Part shown: in pieces, positions 38,409-41,272 of the stretch
Layout of the letters: every line of letters starts with the position of its first letter
How positions within the stretch are numbered: the first letter of the stretch is position 1
Assembly: GCA_945870085.1 (NCBI GenBank)
Contig: CAMBQX010000001.1
Location: 1-41,272, forward strand
Direction of reading: 5' to 3'
Length of the DNA: 41,272 nucleotides
Source of the DNA: Bifidobacterium breve
GTDB lineage: Bacteria > Actinomycetota > Actinomycetes > S36-B12
Position numbers and translations under genes: made by a program
The notes under the pieces: model-generated
Seen by the model: the letters and a program-made list of their open reading frames with translations, nothing else
Databases searched by the model: none
What the model was told of the DNA's origin: nothing

Positions 38409-39404
38409 ATGCTGTTACCCACTCTGGAGGGCTTTTCTCCTGACCCAGCCCTCGAAAGTGAGCTTGCGCAGGGGTTGGCTCGGGTTGAATCGGCGCTGGA
38501 TCAGGCGGTGCGTAGTGAGTACCCGTTTGTCACGGCAGCCTCAAGGCATCTAGTTGATGCCGGTGGTAAGCGTTTTCGCCCTTTGCTAGTCCTGCTTTCA
38601 GCTCAATTCGGTGATCCGGCAGCCGAAGCGGTTATCGCCGCCGCGGTTGCGGTCGAGCTCACCCATGTGGCGACGCTGTATCACGATGATGTGATGGACG
38701 AAGCCGAGGTCCGCCGAGGTGCTGAAACAGCTAATGCACGTTGGGGTAACTCGGTGGCGATCTTGACGGGCGATTTTCTGTTCGCCCGGTCTTCTGGGAT
38801 TCTTGCGAACCTTGGCCCCGACGCCGTTCGCATTCAAGCTGAAACGTTCGAGCGCCTGTGTACCGGTCAGATCCTGGAGTCTGTGGGACCCGCCGATGGG
38901 ATGGATCCGGTTAAGCATCACCTTGCGGTCTTGGCCGACAAAACTGGGTCCTTGATAGCCACGAGTTGCCGCTATGGAGCCATGATGTCCGGTGCAAGCC
39001 CTGATATCACTGAAGTATTGACCCGTTTCGGGGAGCTCATCGGAGTGGCTTTCCAACTTGCCGATGACATCGTGGATATCACTTCTGACTCGGCACAGTC
39101 GGGCAAGACCCCGGGCATTGACCTGCGCGAAGGGGTGCCGACTCTGGCAACTTTGATCGCGCTGGGCGGTGAGGATCCGGCCGATGAGCGGCTCCGTGAA
39201 CTATTACGGCGCCCACTGCCCGACGATGCCGAGCATGCTGAAGCCATAGCTCTATTGCGCGGTCACGGGGCCCTTGACGAAGCCCGGGCCGAAGCAGGTA
39301 GATGGGCGGATGAAGCCCGTGGGGTGCTAGCACCCTTGCCGACGGGTGCGCCTAAAACCGCCCTGGAGACACTTTGTGATTACGTTGTTACTCGTACCGG
39401 TTAA
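38409..39404 (+). CDS. polyprenyl diphosphate synthase (trans-IPPS, GrcC1/heptaprenyl-type; menaquinone side chain)
   Basis: The first Asp-rich motif is LYHDDVMDEAEVRRG and the second is FQLADDIVD, plus GKRFRP. 331 aa. Confidence 0.88.
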   Translation: MLLPTLEGFSPDPALESELAQGLARVESALDQAVRSEYPFVTAASRHLVDAGGKRFRPLLVLLSAQFGDPAAEAVIAAAVAVELTHVATLYHDDVMDEAEVRRGAETANARWGNSVAILTGDFLFARSSGILANLGPDAVRIQAETFERLCTGQILESVGPADGMDPVKHHLAVLADKTGSLIATSCRYGAMMSGASPDITEVLTRFGELIGVAFQLADDIVDITSDSAQSGKTPGIDLREGVPTLATLIALGGEDPADERLRELLRRPLPDDAEHAEAIALLRGHGALDEARAEAGRWADEARGVLAPLPTGAPKTALETLCDYVVTRTG

Positions 39405-39413
39405 GTAGCAGAA

Positions 39414-40289
39414 CTAGTCGGGTTCGGTGACCTCGAGCGACTGGGCAATGGCACTGCGCCGGTCGTTTCCGGTCTTTTTTGCATGGCGTACCGCATCGAC
39501 CGAGAACACAATGAGTGCGAGCCAGACGATAATGAATCCGATCCAGCGCGAGGTCGACATGGAGTCGTGGAAGACTGTGACACCGAAGGTGAAAATAACT
39601 ATCGGTGTGATGTACTGCAGCAATCCCAACATTGAAAGCGGCAGCCGCGTTGCTGCGGCCCCAAATGCGAGCAGCGGGATCGCCGTAATCGGTCCGAGTA
39701 ATAGCAGCATCAGGCTGATTGCAGTGCCACCTTCGACGAATGCTGCGGCCAGCGAACTCTCCAGAGTGACCAAATAAATAATCGCGACGGGGCTGAGAAC
39801 CGCGGTTTCAATGGTCAAACTCTCAACGGCGCCGTATCCGACAAATTTCTTAATAAGGCCGTAGCACGCGAATGAAATGGCAAGAATCAGGCTGATCCAG
39901 GGTATGGCTCCATAGGAAAAGGTCAGCACCAAAACTGCGAATACTGCAATCCCTACCGCGAACCATTGAACTTTACGGAGCCGTTCACCAAGCAATATCA
40001 CGCCGAGCGCAACAGACACTAGCGGGTTGATGAAGTAGCCGAGAGAGGCCTGAACAAGTTCGTTTATAGAAACGGAGTAGACGTATACCAGCCAGTTGAT
40101 ACTCAGTGCTACTGACGCAATTGCTAACAGGCCCACCGACTTGCGGTCGCGCAGGGCTTGACGAAGTTTTGGCCAGCCCCGCGTGGCGGTGATGATAATG
40201 CAGAGGAGTACGAGTGACCAGATTACTCGGTGCGCTACGATTTCAAACGGCGAGACTGAATCAAGTTGCGCGAAGTAGAGGGGGAGCAT
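39414..40289 (-). CDS. rarD: EamA-family transporter RarD (N-terminus probably extends upstream of the listed ATG)
   Basis: It is collinear with E. coli RarD (PLYFAQL..., EIVAHRVIWS, ASLGYFINPLVSVALGVILLGER, YITPIV). The frame stays open and RarD-like for 30 codons upstream of ATG 40289, to 40379, with no canonical start codon there. See findings. Confidence 0.85.
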   Translation of the reverse strand: MLPLYFAQLDSVSPFEIVAHRVIWSLVLLCIIITATRGWPKLRQALRDRKSVGLLAIASVALSINWLVYVYSVSINELVQASLGYFINPLVSVALGVILLGERLRKVQWFAVGIAVFAVLVLTFSYGAIPWISLILAISFACYGLIKKFVGYGAVESLTIETAVLSPVAIIYLVTLESSLAAAFVEGGTAISLMLLLLGPITAIPLLAFGAAATRLPLSMLGLLQYITPIVIFTFGVTVFHDSMSTSRWIGFIIVWLALIVFSVDAVRHAKKTGNDRRSAIAQSLEVTEPD

Positions 40290-40360
40290 ACCCCAAAGAC
40301 CATATGCTGCAACGCCAAATAGCAGACCCTGTGTGGCTCTTCGTTGTTCGTCTTGATGAC

Positions 40361-41272
40361 TCAGGACACAGCCCAGGTGTCATTGCCGAAGAGTAAAGTC
40401 TGCAGGTCACCAGCGCCTTGGGCTTCGGTTACCTCGGCGATCTGCTCGCGCATCAGCCGGTCATACGACGGGCGGGTGATGTCACGGAAAACTCCAATTG
40501 GAGTGTTCTCCAAAGTGCGTGGGTTTGATAGGCGAGAAAGTGCGAACGCCAGCCCTGGGTCCTTAGCGTGTGCATCGTGGCTGATGATGTTGTCAAGACC
40601 AACCTTGGCAACCTCAACTACCTCAAGGTGGCCGTCGGCCTTGCGCATGACGCCTTTTTCTTGCTCTTTGCCGAAACGGATTGGTTCACCGTGCACCAAG
40701 CGCATCATTAGGTCATCGCGGGTGTCGGTGTCCTTGAGGGGCTCCCACGCATTGTCATTGAAAATATTGCAATTCTGGTAGATCTCCACCAGTGCGGTGC
40801 CCTCGTGGCCTGCCGCCGCGGTTAGTACCTCGGTTAGGTGCTTGCGGTCAGAGTCAATGGTGCGTGCGACGAAAGTAGCTTCGGCGCCAAGGGCCAATGA
40901 GACCGGATTAAATGAGTAGTCGAGGGAGCCTTGCGGAGACGACTTAGTGATCTTGCCGCGCTCGGAGGTAGGGGAGTACTGACCCTTAGTTAGTCCATAG
41001 ATTCGGTTGTTGAAAAGCAAGATTTTGAGATTGACGTTGCGGCGCAAAGCATGGATGAGGTGGTTGCCGCCGATGCTAAGGGCATCACCGTCACCGGTGA
41101 TGACCCAAACCGAAAGGTCGGGCCGTGAAGTTGCGAGCCCGGTGGCAATCGCCGGAGCGCGCCCGTGGATCGAATGCAGGCCGAAGGTATCGAGGTAGTA
41201 AGGGAAGCGCGATGAGCAACCGATACCGGAAACGAAGACAATATTCTCGCGCTTTAATCCAAGATCAGGCAG
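40361..41272 (-). CDS. korB: 2-oxoglutarate/2-oxoacid:ferredoxin oxidoreductase beta subunit, 5'-truncated by window edge
   Basis: The frame is open from the window end (LPDLGLKRENIVFVSGIGCSSRFPYY...). The ThDP-binding motif is VITGDGDALSIGGNHLIHALRRNVNLKILLFNNRIYGLTKGQ. The stop is TGA at 40361-40363. Confidence 0.88.
   Translation of the reverse strand: MPDLGLKRENIVFVSGIGCSSRFPYYLDTFGLHSIHGRAPAIATGLATSRPDLSVWVITGDGDALSIGGNHLIHALRRNVNLKILLFNNRIYGLTKGQYSPTSERGKITKSSPQGSLDYSFNPVSLALGAEATFVARTIDSDRKHLTEVLTAAAGHEGTALVEIYQNCNIFNDNAWEPLKDTDTRDDLMMRLVHGEPIRFGKEQEKGVMRKADGHLEVVEVAKVGLDNIISHDAHAKDPGLAFALSRLSNPRTLENTPIGVFRDITRPSYDRLMREQIAEVTEAQGAGDLQTLLFGNDTWAVS

Noticed and set aside
1-41272. Search for mobile elements, CRISPR arrays, tRNA/rRNA genes, prophage, toxin-antitoxin or defence-island content, or a compositionally foreign segment
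   Set aside because: Every sizeable ORF is a recognisable housekeeping gene in conserved actinobacterial order. I saw no repeat-spacer periodicity, no transposase or integrase motifs, and no terminal inverted repeats. No non-coding stretch is long enough for an rRNA or typical ncRNA except 1937-2234, and I saw no cloverleaf-like tRNA there. By-eye inspection of 41 kb cannot exclude short dispersed repeats.

Overview
This is a very gene-dense core-chromosome segment of a moderately high-GC actinobacterium, with only short intergenic gaps and many 1-13 nt gene overlaps. Gene order follows the conserved actinobacterial block I recall from M. tuberculosis Rv0499-Rv0562; that comparison is from memory, not searched. 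In order, the window holds: a TetR-like gene tail; a PRODH-like gene plus proC; an excisionase-type HTH gene; ribosomal protein bS22 (a 32-codon gene too short for the ORF track); an epimerase and an acyltransferase; a membrane-anchored HAD phosphatase; an acyl-CoA ligase; a glutaredoxin-like gene; rex; a hemD fusion; a histidine phosphatase; system II cytochrome c maturation (resA-ccdA-resB-ccsB); two small membrane proteins; menaquinone genes menA, menE, menB, menC, menD, menF and menG; the complete NDH-1 operon nuoA-N; a polyprenyl diphosphate synthase; rarD; and the 3' part of korB. I recognised no rRNA, tRNA, CRISPR, transposase, integrase, prophage, toxin-antitoxin or defence-type gene. 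I do not see a convincing novel multi-gene system, and claiming one would be over-reach. The points most worth a second look are: (1) the conserved heme locus is reduced to a rex-coupled hemD fusion whose methylase motifs look degenerate, with hemA/C/B/L absent from their usual slots; (2) a near-consensus Rex operator lies in the nuoA leader; (3) rarD has a clearly coding N-terminal helix but no ATG/GTG/TTG, and the best candidate is a CTG overlapping the korB stop as CTGA; (4) a TANNNT-N6/7-start-codon arrangement recurs at six SD-less operon heads, suggesting leaderless mRNAs, including back-to-back boxes between menE and menB; (5) an unannotated 26-codon sORF with a strong SD sits in the only sizeable non-coding gap.
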